Assembly (NCBI GenBank): GCA_043228905.1
Contig: JBHGNT010000003.1
Span: 16,058,001-16,122,000 of the forward strand
Direction of reading: 5' to 3'
Length of the DNA: 64,000 nucleotides
Source: Azolla caroliniana
Lineage: Eukaryota; Plantae; Polypodiophyta
Part shown: positions 24,801-37,487 of the stretch, piece after piece
Numbering within the stretch: the first letter of the stretch is position 1
Layout: the number at the start of each line of letters is the position of its first letter
The notes under the pieces: model-generated
Told to the model about the DNA's origin: nothing
The model's database searches: none
Seen by the model: the letters and a program-made list of their open reading frames with translations, nothing else
Translations under genes and position numbers: made by a program

Positions 24801-27472
24801 TAAGAGTTTGCGTCGACTACCAGAAATTGAATGCGGCTACGGTAATGGACGTCTTTCCACTTCCATTCACGGATGGAGTCTTGGATGCGGTCGCCGGTCA
24901 TGAGGTGTACAGTTTTCTGGACGGTTTCAGCGGCTATAATTAGATCCGGATGCACCCCAATGACCAGGAGAAAACCACTTTTGTAAGCGAATCGGGAGTC
25001 TTTGTTGCCATAGTTATGATGTTCAGGCTGAAAACGGCGACGACAACCTTCCAGCGGATCATCATGGAGATTTTCGAAGAATTCATTCCAGCATTCATGT
25101 AGGTGTTCCTAGACGACTTCGTTGTTTATAGCCGGGAAGTGGATCACCTTCAACACCTCCGACTATGTCAAGAGAAATGTAGGGTTTACCGGCTAAGCAT
25201 TAACCCGGCAAAATGAGTGTTCGGAGTGTCCAACGAAGCGTTACTTGGCCACATCGTGAGCAAGGACGGTATTGCAGTGGATCCGGACAAGGTCAAAGCT
25301 ATTTTGGAGGCACCGGCACCAACCACGGCAAAGGCATTAAGCCGATTCTTAGGAAAAATTCTGTGGCATAGCCGAATGCTCCGGTATTTGGCAGACCTGG
25401 CTACACCATTGCATGCCGCGGTACATCGGACACCGTTCCAATGGACGGACACAGAAGACAAGGCTTACTGGGCACTAAAAGTACTATTGTCACAAGCGCC
25501 GGTGGTGCAACCTCCAGATTGTTCTAAAGAGTTCCATGTGTTCGTTGACACGTACAACATCGCAATCGGGAGCCCGCTTATGCAACTTACAGAACCAAAG
25601 TGGTACCGGCCAGTGTATTATGCCAGCCGGAAGCTGTCCCAAGCACAACGTAATTATTCCACAACGGAAAGAAAGGCATTGGGCATGATCTACAGTGTCA
25701 CCAAGTTTAGACACTATCTTTTGGGAAGGAAGTTTTCCTTTCACATAGATCATTCGGCGCTCCTCTATTTGGTGTCCAAAGCATCACTCACCGGTAAGCT
25801 GGCCCGGTGGACGTAACTATTACAAGAATTTGAGTTCGAGATATTTCACCAACCCGGCATACAACATGCGGTAGCAAATTATTTGAGCCGGTTAGATTCC
25901 GGCGAAACCGGTGACGGCGTCCCAGACGAGTTCTCGGATGCAGAGCTGTTTAGAGTCACAGCAGAAACGGGAACGGATGGTACGGTCGCAGAGGAAGACA
26001 AGTGGCTCACCAACATGCACCAATTTCTGAGCATGGGCTTACCTCCGGAGGAGATGAACTGAGACGAGAGTAAACGCTTAGCTGTTCAAAGTTGGCACTT
26101 CTGTCTATTACAGGACACACTGTACCACAAAGGCGTAGATGGCATATGGCGGCGTGTAGTGCGCAGTGACGAAAAGGACATAATATTGCGCGAAGCACAC
26201 TGTGGAGTGGCTAGAGGACATTATGCCGAAGATGCTACAGCAAGGAAAATATGGCAAAGTGGACTATGGTGGCCAACAACATTGAAGGATGCATTCCGGT
26301 ACGCTAAAGAATGCGACCTATGTCAGCGAATGGGCCAACCAACCGAACAAGCCAGGATGCCTCACCAGCTTGTGCTACCGTTAGAACCATTTCAGAAATG
26401 GGGGCTAGATTTTGTCAGTCCATTCAAACCACCAGCAATGAGAACAGGCAACCGGTACGTGATTGTCGCTACGGATTATTGCACAAAATGGGTGGAAGCC
26501 AAAGCACTACGCGACAACACCGCGGCATCCAAGGCAAAAAATTTATATGAATACATCTACTGCCGGTATGGATGTCCGATAGAGCTAATAAGTGACCAAG
26601 GTCGCCACTTCTTAGGGCAAGTGGTGGAAAGTTTGACGACATTCTATGCGGTGGTCCATAAATAGAGCACTTCCTATTATCCGCAAGCCAACGGATTAGC
26701 TGAGTCCACAAATAAAACACTACACAACATCCTTCGAAAAATCGTCAATGAGAATCGGACGGATTGGGATACAAAGCTACACAATGCACTCTGGGCCTAT
26801 TGAACGGCATATAAGACAAGTATCCGCACAACACCGTTTCGCCTAGCATTCGGATTGGAATCAGTGATGCCAGTCGAGTTCCAGGTACCGAGTTTACGAA
26901 TACAGATTCGGGAACGCCTAAATGAGAAGGAATCGGAAGCGATCCGGTTAGTGGCACTATGCTAATTGGAAGAACACCGGCTAGCCAACATCATGCACCT
27001 AGAACTAGAGTAGCGACGAAGGAAAGTGTTCGTGGATCGTCACCGAAAAGGGAACGAAAAGATGTTCAAAATCGGTAAACCAATACTAGTATTCCAGACC
27101 CGGATGGGTAAGATGCCGGGGAAGCTACGGTTTCGGTGGACCGGTCCATACTGGATCACGCGTGAGTTCAACGGTTCCTACCAATTAGGGACACTCACCG
27201 GCGAGGTTCTGGGTCAATGGGTCAATGGGTTCCGACTCAAACCATACAATGGACCCATGCCGAGAAACCCATTTGAACAAGTAAAGGCCGACACAGAACC
27301 GGACACCGGTAAGTCAGAAGAGACGGCAACACGTTTAGCAATCGGCAAGCACGAAGCCGGTAGGAGTGAGCACGAGCCGGCAAACGGCAAGAACGATGCG
27401 ACGGCAAGCAGTCCAGCGGCCGGCAAGTCCGACAATTCGGATAGGGGTCCGGTGGGACCGGATGCGAATTAA
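21821..27472 (+). pseudogene. Disrupted gag-pol of Athila-like element
   Basis: ORF fragments 21958-22545, 22742-23149, 23679-23978, 24509-24943, 25217-25816, 26159-26665 and 27026-27472 with PR, RT, RH and IN motifs (GPY at KLRFRWTGPYW); start coordinate approximate. Confidence 0.88.
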
Positions 27473-27710
27473 CCAAACAGTTTTATAAATAATAAAAAAA
27501 TAATAATAATAAATCAAATCAAATCAAATCAAAGTAAATCATGCAAGGGCAAGGTGTGAACGGACGCATGCAACAACGAGAAGTGAACATGCACCGTGAA
27601 AAGGTACGTAGTGGGCTATTAATAGGGTATTAAAACGCCGCCACATGGCACGTCATTCTATTCTAGTACACGACGTGCACACGTGCGGGTAAGAAAAAAA
27701 AAGGGCACCA

Positions 27711-30495
27711 ACATGCAGCAAGAAAACCCCCATCGCATGGAGGTCTTCACATTTCGCGAACAGAGGAGCACAAACGCACACAGGCAATTGAAGATCATCA
27801 GACGCGAGTCCACGCACACTGAGCCTCCTCACACACATCCCTCACCAGCACTCACCGACCTCGAAGAAGCCATGAACTGCCAAGCACTCTCTGAAGCAGC
27901 CAAGAAGTGGCTAAGGCAACACGAGTTAGAAGGTTTCCTCACGATCATGGAGGCGCCACCGCACCGGGAGGCGGAGAAGATAGTAAAGGAAATCAACACA
28001 GAGTTGATCATGGAGGAGGACATCCATGCTTTGATTGGCCTTCCGGAGGGGCACATCTTCACTATGGACAACCCTACCCCGGAGCAGCTCCGAAAATATT
28101 TTGGCGAATAATCTCTGGCCAGGAAGGCCTACAAGACACAGGGTGGCAAAGATACATTATTTCGAGAGATTTCCCGTGTGCTCCATGAATTTGGACATGT
28201 ATACCCTCGACCCCGGTGCATGCCTCAAAACCGAGCCGGCTTAGTCATAGCAACGTATGAAGGCGTGAAGGTGGACTGGCCAGTACTGATTGCGGACGGC
28301 CTCTATGCGGCCATCGACTCTGTAAGAGGCAAGGAGGGTCGGAAAATATGGACTGTAGTGGCGCAATGGCTCACCCAATTGGCGCCACCTATCGAGTCCG
28401 TCAAGACCACGAAGCGGGGGAGAAGGACCGAAGGCCCGAAAACGGCTTCGAAACGGCAGCAGTTGTTGGCCTCTAAGGCACCCAAAGGGAAGGCGGCCGA
28501 CACGGACAAGGCGGCAAAAGAGCGTGCCAATAGGAAGCAGTAGGCGGAAACGTAGGAGGACACACCGGCACAACCAATCAAGATCATATTTCGCCAACCG
28601 GTTCAACAAGAGCCGGACCCCTTGGCAGCAAAAAGCAACATCGGGACTCATGAGGAGGTAGCGGAGGAGGAACCGTTAGAGCACCTCTAGCGGCGCTAGA
28701 AGGCAAGCACCGCAGAACAGGCTGAGGAGAGTTCGGACCCAAAGAAGGATGCAACGCCTCTACCCCGCACTGAGCATCCCGCACCAAGGGTGAAACCGGA
28801 ACCGGTTCAGACAGAACCGGTCACTAAGCTCCCTGCACAACAAGCTATACCGGCGGGTCAGGATATGGCAAGACCCGAAATTCAAGCGCCAGTAGTACAA
28901 TTGCCTCCCTCGCCAGCAGGTCAAGAGCAATCAGAGGCGGAGCGGCCAACGGAGACGCAACCAAAACCAGAACGGCAAAGTGCTCACCAACCAAAGACAG
29001 AGTTGCAGCTCGACGCAACCAGACAAGACCGACCACTGGCTAGAGGAACCAACAGCCAACCCTCCGTGCAGACGCAACAACAGGGCACCGGCAGCCAATG
29101 GCTCCGGTGGATTGGAGAATAGATTGCCAGAGTGGTGCACTACATAAAGGCGGAAGAGAAAGCGCAGATGGACCGGTTGGTAGTCACAACCGGAGAACTA
29201 GAGATGGCTCAGTCGAGGATCCGGAGCCTAGAACAAGACTTGGACCTAGCCACAGAAGAATTGGCCAAAATGGCCTTAACCAGACCATAGATTCAAGCAC
29301 CGGTGACTCCGGTAGATGTACAGAATAAAGACACACCAACACCTGTACATAGTAATAAGACCCCGGAGACAGTGGCGGCGCTAGCGAAAGAGCTTGCCAA
29401 ATTGAATGATGAACTGGCCACACAAGAAGCATTACGCACCCGAGAAAGGGACTTGAAGAAAGGGGCAAAAGAAGAACAAAGAAAGACTGCTGAGAACCTC
29501 AGTCGGGCAGAAGAGAATCTGCGGAAAGGACATCAGGCATATGACCGGCTTAAGGAGGAGAAAGAGAAAGTGCTGCAAGAAAAGGATAAGTTGCAACAGA
29601 TGGCGGAAACGGAGATTGAAAGACTTAAAGAAGAACTCTATCAACAGAAAGATCGGGAAGACCGCGCTCGCCGGCAACTCAACCAGAACCTAAAGTAGAA
29701 GACCGATGATTTTGAGCACCTGCACCGGGACTATAAGCACCTGGATACGGAGCATAAGAAGCAGCAGGAGAAGATGGCAGAGCTCCGGCAGGAAATTCAT
29801 CGAGCCGAGACAACGCTAGCTGAAGAACGGGCTGAAAGAACAATGCTACTGGAGGAAGCCGCGCGGGAACGTATGGAGCTCCATAAGCAGCATTATGAAG
29901 AAATGGAAAGAGCGACAATGGTATTGCAAAGGTTGCAGAACACTTACCAAAACCAATTGTCACATTACCAGGAGCATGAGGCGGACACGGTGACGCTGAT
30001 GAAGCAATTGAAGGAAGAACGGCAAGCCGCGGAGGACAAATCGAAGATGGGACTTGAGCGGATCCAATTCATTGTCCAGGCATGGAGGAACAAGACAAAA
30101 CGCTTGATTGAGGAAAGCTTCGTGCAATGGTGGGACAAATGGGCAAAACACACAACCGAGCTCCAGTTGCTAAGGGCGGACGTAGAAAACCGACAGAAGG
30201 ATGGCGACGACTGCTACATGCAACAAAGGAGGACTTCACCGCCGTAAGAGATGAGTTAGCAGAAGACTTTGTAACTCTGGTAGAGGAACAATCGGTAGTG
30301 GTCCGGCAACTGGTAGCACAACTGGACGATGATCAACTGGATGCTCAAATCCAGTTTGAAAGCTATGAGCGGACTAGGCTACGGCAAGAAGAAGCAAGAC
30401 AGGCGGCGATCGTCAACCTCAACAATGACGAGCCATCGCCGGGGCAAGGACCGGACGGGGACAAGGCCGGGACAAGTCAACCGCAAAGCAGTTGA
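27711..30495 (+). pseudogene. Additional ORF downstream of pol (~900 codons, interrupted): globular N-terminal domain, Q/P-rich linker, long coiled coil
   Basis: Fragments 27683-28111, 28178-28543, 28790-29122, 29303-29698, 29774-30247 and 30127-30495; N-terminal domain conserved at protein level in the second copy (61983-62955). Confidence 0.75.
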
Positions 30496-31650
30496 CGGAG
30501 GAATCACCGCCACAACCGCCGGTACCGGGAGCCGAACAGACCCCATCCAAGGAGCAACAGTCGGAGGAGCCGGAGCCGGAGCAACAGCAACCACACCCAC
30601 AATAGCAGCAGCCACATCCACAGCAACAACAACAACAGATTCCCGAAGAACCATTGGACACCCTGGAGCAGAGTATTCTGGATATCTTGGACGAAGGCTA
30701 AGGGCCAGATAGTGGGATTCGACGTACAAGGTACTGTCCCACGGGCGTGCCATGTGTTACGCAGTCTGCAAAGGAGTTAAAGACTAGAATGTGAAAGGGA
30801 TTGTATATTCGGAATCTATTATAATTAAGTAGTTTATGAGACGTGAACGGACGAACCGGAATCGGTATGCCGATCTGGATCCGGACCAGTTCCAAATAGG
30901 TGCCGGTTGGCACCGTTTTGTACTCCGCACCGGTGACCTATATAAAGGCCCGGTTACAATGTAAAATTGGGACGGATAATTAATAGAGATTCTTGTTTTA
31001 TCTTTAAGTGTTGATTGTCGTTCTGTGCTAATTGTTCTATCATACGCATGTATCAAGTCTAATGCCATATTGCTAAGTAACCAATTAAAGTCTGATTAAT
31101 CGTTGAGTCTTAAGTTATCTCACCGTACCACCCCTTTGGTGAAGTGTCTTCCATAGACACCCTGTGTTAGGCCATTGTCTGGCCCTAAGGAATAACAATT
31201 ATGTACAATTTAGGCCCTTAAATAGGTAGCCGGTGTGATACAAATCGGTATCTACTAGGATGGTTGCATCCTTCCGGATCCAAAACTTCGACTAAATACG
31301 CTTCAAATCTAATAATATTTACAATGCTTCCTATAACGACACTCAAATCTATTTATTTACTCATCCTAGCTTTCACACTTTGTCCGGATCCCTCCGGATT
31401 TTGGTTCCTCCATCTTCACTCCTCCAGCTCTCTGGTTCTTCCACTTTCCAACTCCGACCCCATCACAGCTTCACTGGGCAACACAAGTGAGGTGTCACAT
31501 TCGATCACATAAGTGGAGCTGAAGAATTAGTGACCAAAAAGCATAGGCCTTAACATTTTTCTCAATGTGGCCAGGATACTATCTCCATGATGCATAATAC
31601 ATTAAATGTTCATTGCAGGAAAAGAAAGAGATAGATAGAAGAGACAGAGA

Positions 31651-31707
<57 letters not shown>

Positions 31708-31929
31708 GAAAAATAGTTATATATTATTATTAACAACGCCCTTATTGTTACAATAGGTGGTAATAGGTGGTGGTGGTGGCTTTATAAAGGATTACCATTG
31801 AAGTGGTTTCCTTCATACTAATGTTATTAATTCGCCCCTAAATCTGTAGATTTTCATCTTTTTTCTTTACTTACATCAATTAATCCAACTTGCTTGCAAC
31901 AAATAATGTGCTTAGAATGTTGAAGAAGT

Positions 31930-32600
31930 TTAGTTAGAAAATATGCCCCCATAGGATGAGTGGGAACAAACTTTAATTCTATCTTCCTTGTTTTAATGAT
32001 CATGAAGAAAGTGGTTTTTAAAGTCCATGTGATGTATGTTGTCCCTCATCTTTAGATTGTTTGCAAGCTTGATGCAACATTGATTATCGCAGAACAAAGT
32101 CCCTGTTGAAATAATAAATTGGTTAAATTCCTCAAGCATTGATTTAATCCAAAGTCTTTATTTAGCCGTTAGAGATATGATTACATATTCAACTTTGGTG
32201 ATGATAATGCTACAGTATATTGTTTGTTTGACTTCCAAGAAATTGTAGAACCAGTTAGTATGTCGACACAACCGCATGTTGACTTGTGGTCGTCCACATC
32301 TCTACCCCGGTCGGAGTTAGTCAAACCAATTAGATGACTAGAGTGGAAATCGCACAAATGAGGTTGACTCAGATTGTGTGACCAAGTAAGTAAATGCATA
32401 ATGTTCAGTATACTTCAAATATCATAGTAACCGTTTGACAACAATCCAATTCTTTGGTTCTAGATTAGCCATGAAATGAGAAACAAAGCGAACAACAAAA
32501 CAAATATCTAGACATGTGCAACTTACTAGATATCTAATACATCCAAGTATTTATTTATAAAGTACATCCTTCATTTCGAAAATCTCCCAAACTGTTTTTG
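31930..32600 (-). mobile_element. Degenerate copia RT/RNase H remnant
   Basis: DVDDHKSTCG...TGSTISWKSNKQYTVALSS. Confidence 0.7.
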
Positions 32601-32754
32601 GAGAATCAACATTGGAGAGGTTACAAGGAGAGGTAAGAGGAGTACTAATGGGGTTACTATGGAACATATCAAAATCTTTGGAGAATAGAGGTAATATATT
32701 GAACGGGATGATGGACAGAGACTTATAGTGGCTGAATAGATGGCCAGTTCAACA

Positions 32755-34261
32755 ACGGCCAAACCGACTACATCCGCAAGGTGCTGAAGTGCTTCATCAT
32801 GGAGAATGTGAAGCCAGCACCAACACCGCTTCTGACGTCGATCAGACTATCAGACAAAGACTCTCCTGCAAACGACAAGGAGAGAGAGCTTAATGGAAAG
32901 ATACCCTACGCATCGGTAGTAGGAAGTATCATGTACGCAATGGTGGTGACCCGACCCGACCTAGCCTATGTCGTAGGGGTGATCAATCGGTACATGTCAA
33001 ACCCAGGAAAGAAGCAATGGGAGGCCGTCAAGCACATCCTTAGGTATCTAAAAGGAACTATGGATGCACAACTAACATTCGGTTCAACAACATCAACCAA
33101 AATCGAAGGCTACACCGATTCCTACTATGTCGGAAACACGGACAATCAGAAATCGACATCAGGATACATATTCACCTATGGTGGCAGTGCAATATCATGG
33201 AGGTCGAAACTTCAGGAGTGCACGGCTCTGTCTACTACAAAAGTCGAGTACATAGCAACATCTAAAGCAGCGAAAGAAGCGATCTAGCTGCACCGACTGA
33301 CTGCCGATTTGGCAACTACAAGCCGAACCAACCAATTAGCGTCGACCATCCATTGTGACTCACAGAGCGCAATACACCTCATCAACAATCTCGTCTACCA
33401 TGCGAAGACGAAGCATATTGAGGTGCGGTATCATCATATTCGGGAGCTCGTGACCGAGAAGAAACTCGAAGTCTGGAAGATCGACACCGAGGTGAACATC
33501 GCCGATTGCTTGACGAAACCACTCCCAGATCAATGCTTCAGAACACTAAGGATGAAGATGGGGCTACGACAAGCGACAGAGCAGAAGAAAGCCGAACGAG
33601 GAGCTGAAGGTAAGAGCTGATCGACACTCATACCATACCTCTACCGACTCGGCTACTTGCCAACAGACTTGTAATATAAAATCTAGCTAAATTTGTAATC
33701 TAGGTTTACGGGGGAGACAACCCCAAACATTTGTAATTGTACAGAAGAGTAGTCCTTTTACGGGGGAGTTTGTTGGCATAAAAGGCCAACTCCTTCCAAG
33801 TTGTATCCGTCCGAGTGTGAACTCGTTAATAAGTTAGGGCTTAGTATATAAGCGAATACCTAACATTGTAATGAGACGACAATGATGATGGCAACGACGA
33901 AGAGAGAAGATTGTAATCTCTGAGAGAGAGAAACGCATTGTGCAGATTGTACAGAAGAATAGTCCTTTTACGGGGGAGTTTGTTGGCATAAAAGGCCGAC
34001 TCCTTCCAAGTTGTATCCGTCCGAGTGTGAACTCGTTAATAAGTTAGGGCTTAGTGTATAAGTGAATACCTAACATTGTAATGAGACGACAATGATGGTG
34101 GCAACGACGAAGAGAGACGATTGTAATCTCTGAGAGAGAGAAACGCGTTGTGCAGAAATAAGAAGCTTTCCATTAAAGCTTGTAACTGTGTAAGTCTATA
34201 TCTGCCTTCTCTATCTTCTGTGTGTATGTTGTTTGTTGTTCATAGCCATAAGATCCGAACA
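32755..34261 (+). mobile_element. Ty1/copia 3' fragment: RT end, RNase H, PPT and 3' LTR (PPT-LTR junction duplicated)
   Basis: PYASVVGSIMYAM, TRPDLAY, ISWRSKLQ, HAKTKHIEVRYH, ADCLTKPL. PPT CGGGGGAGTT followed by TGTTGGC at 33771 and again at 33981. LTR end approximate. Confidence 0.88.
33736..34155. repeat. Tandem duplication 2 x 210 bp spanning copia PPT and LTR start
   Basis: ATTGTACAGAAGA.TAGTCC at 33736 and 33946; near-identical units. Confidence 0.92.
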
Positions 34262-34289
34262 CACACTTCCGCATAATTGTCGACATTAA

Positions 34290-35456
34290 CCAACACTATA
34301 AGTATATTAAGAGTTGAAAACATACCATACCAATTCTGAAAATGGTCGAACTGCATAGTTGGCATTGTTACCTGAAATACCGTGGACACTTGAGAGAACA
34401 TAATATTTGCCCCTCTTAAATTAGACAGCCTATTCCTCTGGTCCTGCGTTGAAGTCTCCGAAAACTTTAGCCACTTCGCAACCGTACGCGTAGAGCCACT
34501 ATCCAATGCCGCCCAAGATAACCTAGGTCGTAAACACAAAACACATGCAGCTTCATCAGTAAATAAAGGATTCCATAACAATGGTTGACACATGAATTGA
34601 GAACGAGTTTTTGGTGGCAAGAAAACAAGTGGTTGACGAATACTTTCACATGCATGACTAATTCCATTAAAGAACCGTAAAGACCCAACAAATGACTTAG
34701 GTAAAGGAAAATCCGAATTAAAGAACCATCTAAGACTATCCCTCCATTGACCACCTACCAATGGCTTAAACTTATGTAAATGAAGAATCCATAACTCTGC
34801 TCTAGGCAATAAACTTCTAACAACATGTTTAGCCAGTAATGCCTTATTTTGCATTAAGGGATCAATCAAACCTAAACCTCCTTTCTGTTGAGACTGTATA
34901 AGAACCGACCATGCAACCTTTGCTACAGGAGTGTCTGAACTAGCATTTCCCCAAATAAATTCCGTACTAGACGTTGAACTTTAAGCATTACTGACCTAGA
35001 AAACAACCACGTAGATGCAATATACTAAATTGAGGACAAAAGCACCAAATTTGCAACAACTACACGTCCTGTTAAGGACAACTTTTCCTTATTCCAGTAT
35101 ATTAACTTATTTCTTAATCTTAACAACAAAGGCGCTATCATATCTTCTGCATTTAATCCCAAACCCACTCTACATCCTAGATACCTAATAGAATGACCTG
35201 TATATATCCATGTAAATCCTAAACTAAATACATTAATTGGCAGATCTCCCTCAACCACCCAAAAACCTAATGATTTATCCCAATTAATCAATGCACCCGA
35301 TGCATGTGAGAAGTCATCCACAGCTTTTTGAACCTGCAACAAATTAATTTGTGAGGCTTGAACATAGAGAGTTGTAGCATCAACAAACTCACTATCCACG
35401 CCAACATCTGCAAATGGTATTGATAAACCTTTGATATTTACATTATGAGAATTTAA
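34290..35456 (-). mobile_element. LINE (L1/Tx1-like) ORF2 fragment: RT domains 5-7 and downstream region
   Basis: EFVDATTLY (decayed FADD), SGALINWDKS, IRYLG, LSLTGRVVVAN, KGGLGLIDP. Confidence 0.85.
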
Positions 35457-37487
35457 ATGTATCACATTTTAAATTTAAGTCCGATTTGTCTTAGTTCACT
35501 TGAGGTTCACTTGACCTCTCAAGATGACATTGTAAATTTGAATGATCCATGTTTTGTAAAAGTATATATTCAAGGAAGAAAGATGCTTACTCTAGAATTT
35601 ATGCATGTCCATGATATAAATGTAATACCTCAAATTGAGGTAGATCCTATCTCTCCATCCTTTTGCTCATTATAAATTGAATCATCCTCTACTTTAGAAT
35701 TGTCCATCTATTGTTGTTAGGAAATGGATTAGAGAATACACTAGAAAGCCAATATATACTCTTTGTAAATATGTTTCATTTAAAAAACATTCTTCGAACC
35801 ATAAATATTTTCTTCCAAGCCTAAACAATTTTGAGGCACTACATTATGAGAATTGGACACAAGCTGCCAACATTGAGATGTAGGCTTTACAGAAGAATGT
35901 GAATGGTGTGCCTTTATGGGTTGTGATATGTAAGACATGTATAGAATTGAAATGGCTTGCTCTTAGTATAGAATTTAATTTTTTCTCCACATATTGAATA
36001 CTTTCATATTTTCTGACAGATGCATAGGAGGTGGCTAACACACAAACAATTAATCCAAACCACAAATTGGGAGTTGAACACAAGGAGATGTGCATAGACA
36101 AAGAAATGTACCTAAAATAATTGGTTGGAAAGTGGGTGAACACAAGGAGATGAGCGCATAGACAAAGAAATTTACTTAAAATATCTGGTTGGAAAATGGG
36201 TCGTGCTACATAGGACAAGTACTTCACCATCCTCCCTTGGAATTGAAGTGGCCCACTCTTAACATGGAATTTCATTTGTCGGTTAAAGTATGATGTTATA
36301 GATTTGCTCAAGGCCGCAAAGAGGGCACATGATGAATTGACCAAACCAAAAATTGTGAGTTGAATATAAGGAGATGAGTGCATAAACAAAGAAATGTACC
36401 AAAATTTTGGTTGGAAAGCTAAACTCCTTATCGCATACAAGGCCCCAACATTGCATGTGTACTTAGTGTGGTAGGATAATTTATGCATAGTCTAGGGAAG
36501 GTTCTATTATCGGCGATACATTAAGTGTACAATATGTGAAGTACAATCTAAGGAAAGATATTCTTTGAAGACAAGCCAAAACTCGAAATAGGAGCATATA
36601 AAAATGCATATTACAAAGGTTAGGTCCTAGATAGGATATCAACAATATTGTATTGTGCTTTCATCAGAGGAAATATAGTGATAACAAGAAGTAAAAAGCA
36701 AAAAGTGATAGCAAGGTCAAGTGTTGAATTTGATTTTGGGGCAATGGCCCCAGGAATATGTATGTGGACTTGTGTGGATAAGGATGATCTTACAAGACTT
36801 GAAGAATAAAGGTATGAAGTAATTAAAGGAGAGATGATGTTACATTTCAAATTCGAAACCAACAATTAATTGATTCTATTCTTATGACATAGAAATGTGT
36901 TGTGATCCTATGTTCTTCTCCAGAGTTTCAATACGGACATGAAATTTTTTTTTTTCATTGAGTATTTCCTTCAACATTTCCACATAAATTGACGTCCACC
37001 GTAGACTCATGATTTTGTGACTAATGTGTAGTAATCAGGTAAACACGCAATATATACGATGAGTGGATAGATATCGTCCTTTTTGTTGGGAGGGGTATTT
37101 GGGAAAATAACCGAGATTTTGGAGCATATAATTGAACCGACTCAAACATGAGAACAAGACACACAAACACAAAAAATTTAAAAAAATTTAAAAAAAAACA
37201 GAGAAGGAATTAGCAACGTGCTGAATTATGTAATAGTAGTAAATTGTCGGGAGCTAATCCGACAATTTAATTCAGAAAATGTGAATAAATTGCCAAGAAA
37301 TAGAATAAATTACCCAAAAAAAAAGCAGAAATATATATATATATATATTATGCAGGCACACACTCAGTGAGTAGGAGTACGTAAATACGAATATCGCCCG
37401 AGAAGAATCAAACGCTAAATTAATCATCAGACGTTAGTTCGTAGCAGAGCATCGCCATCGCCATCGCCATCGCCATATCCATCCAGT

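Larger units (their letters stand above)
21336..31197 (+). mobile_element. Full-length, decayed non-chromoviral Ty3/gypsy element (Athila-like) with extra 3' ORF
   Basis: LTRs 21336-21777 and 30755-31197 (TGTTAC...ATAACA, about 30 differences by eye, ~93% identical); flanks GTTAT/ATTAT; PBS-like TTTTTGGCGACCAC ~21783-21797; gag, protease IIDGGSGVN, RT FLDDF, RNase H, integrase. No archaeal-type second RNase H seen. Many stops and frameshifts. Confidence 0.93.

Noticed and set aside
30500-30750. Chromodomain or further ORF before the 3' LTR
   Set aside because: No aromatic-cage pattern in any frame; low-complexity CAA/GCA-rich sequence.
21000-31555. Older LTR apparently split by the Athila-like insertion (21000-21335 + 31198-31555)
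   Set aside because: Plausible TG..CA ends but no TSD or second copy to confirm boundaries.
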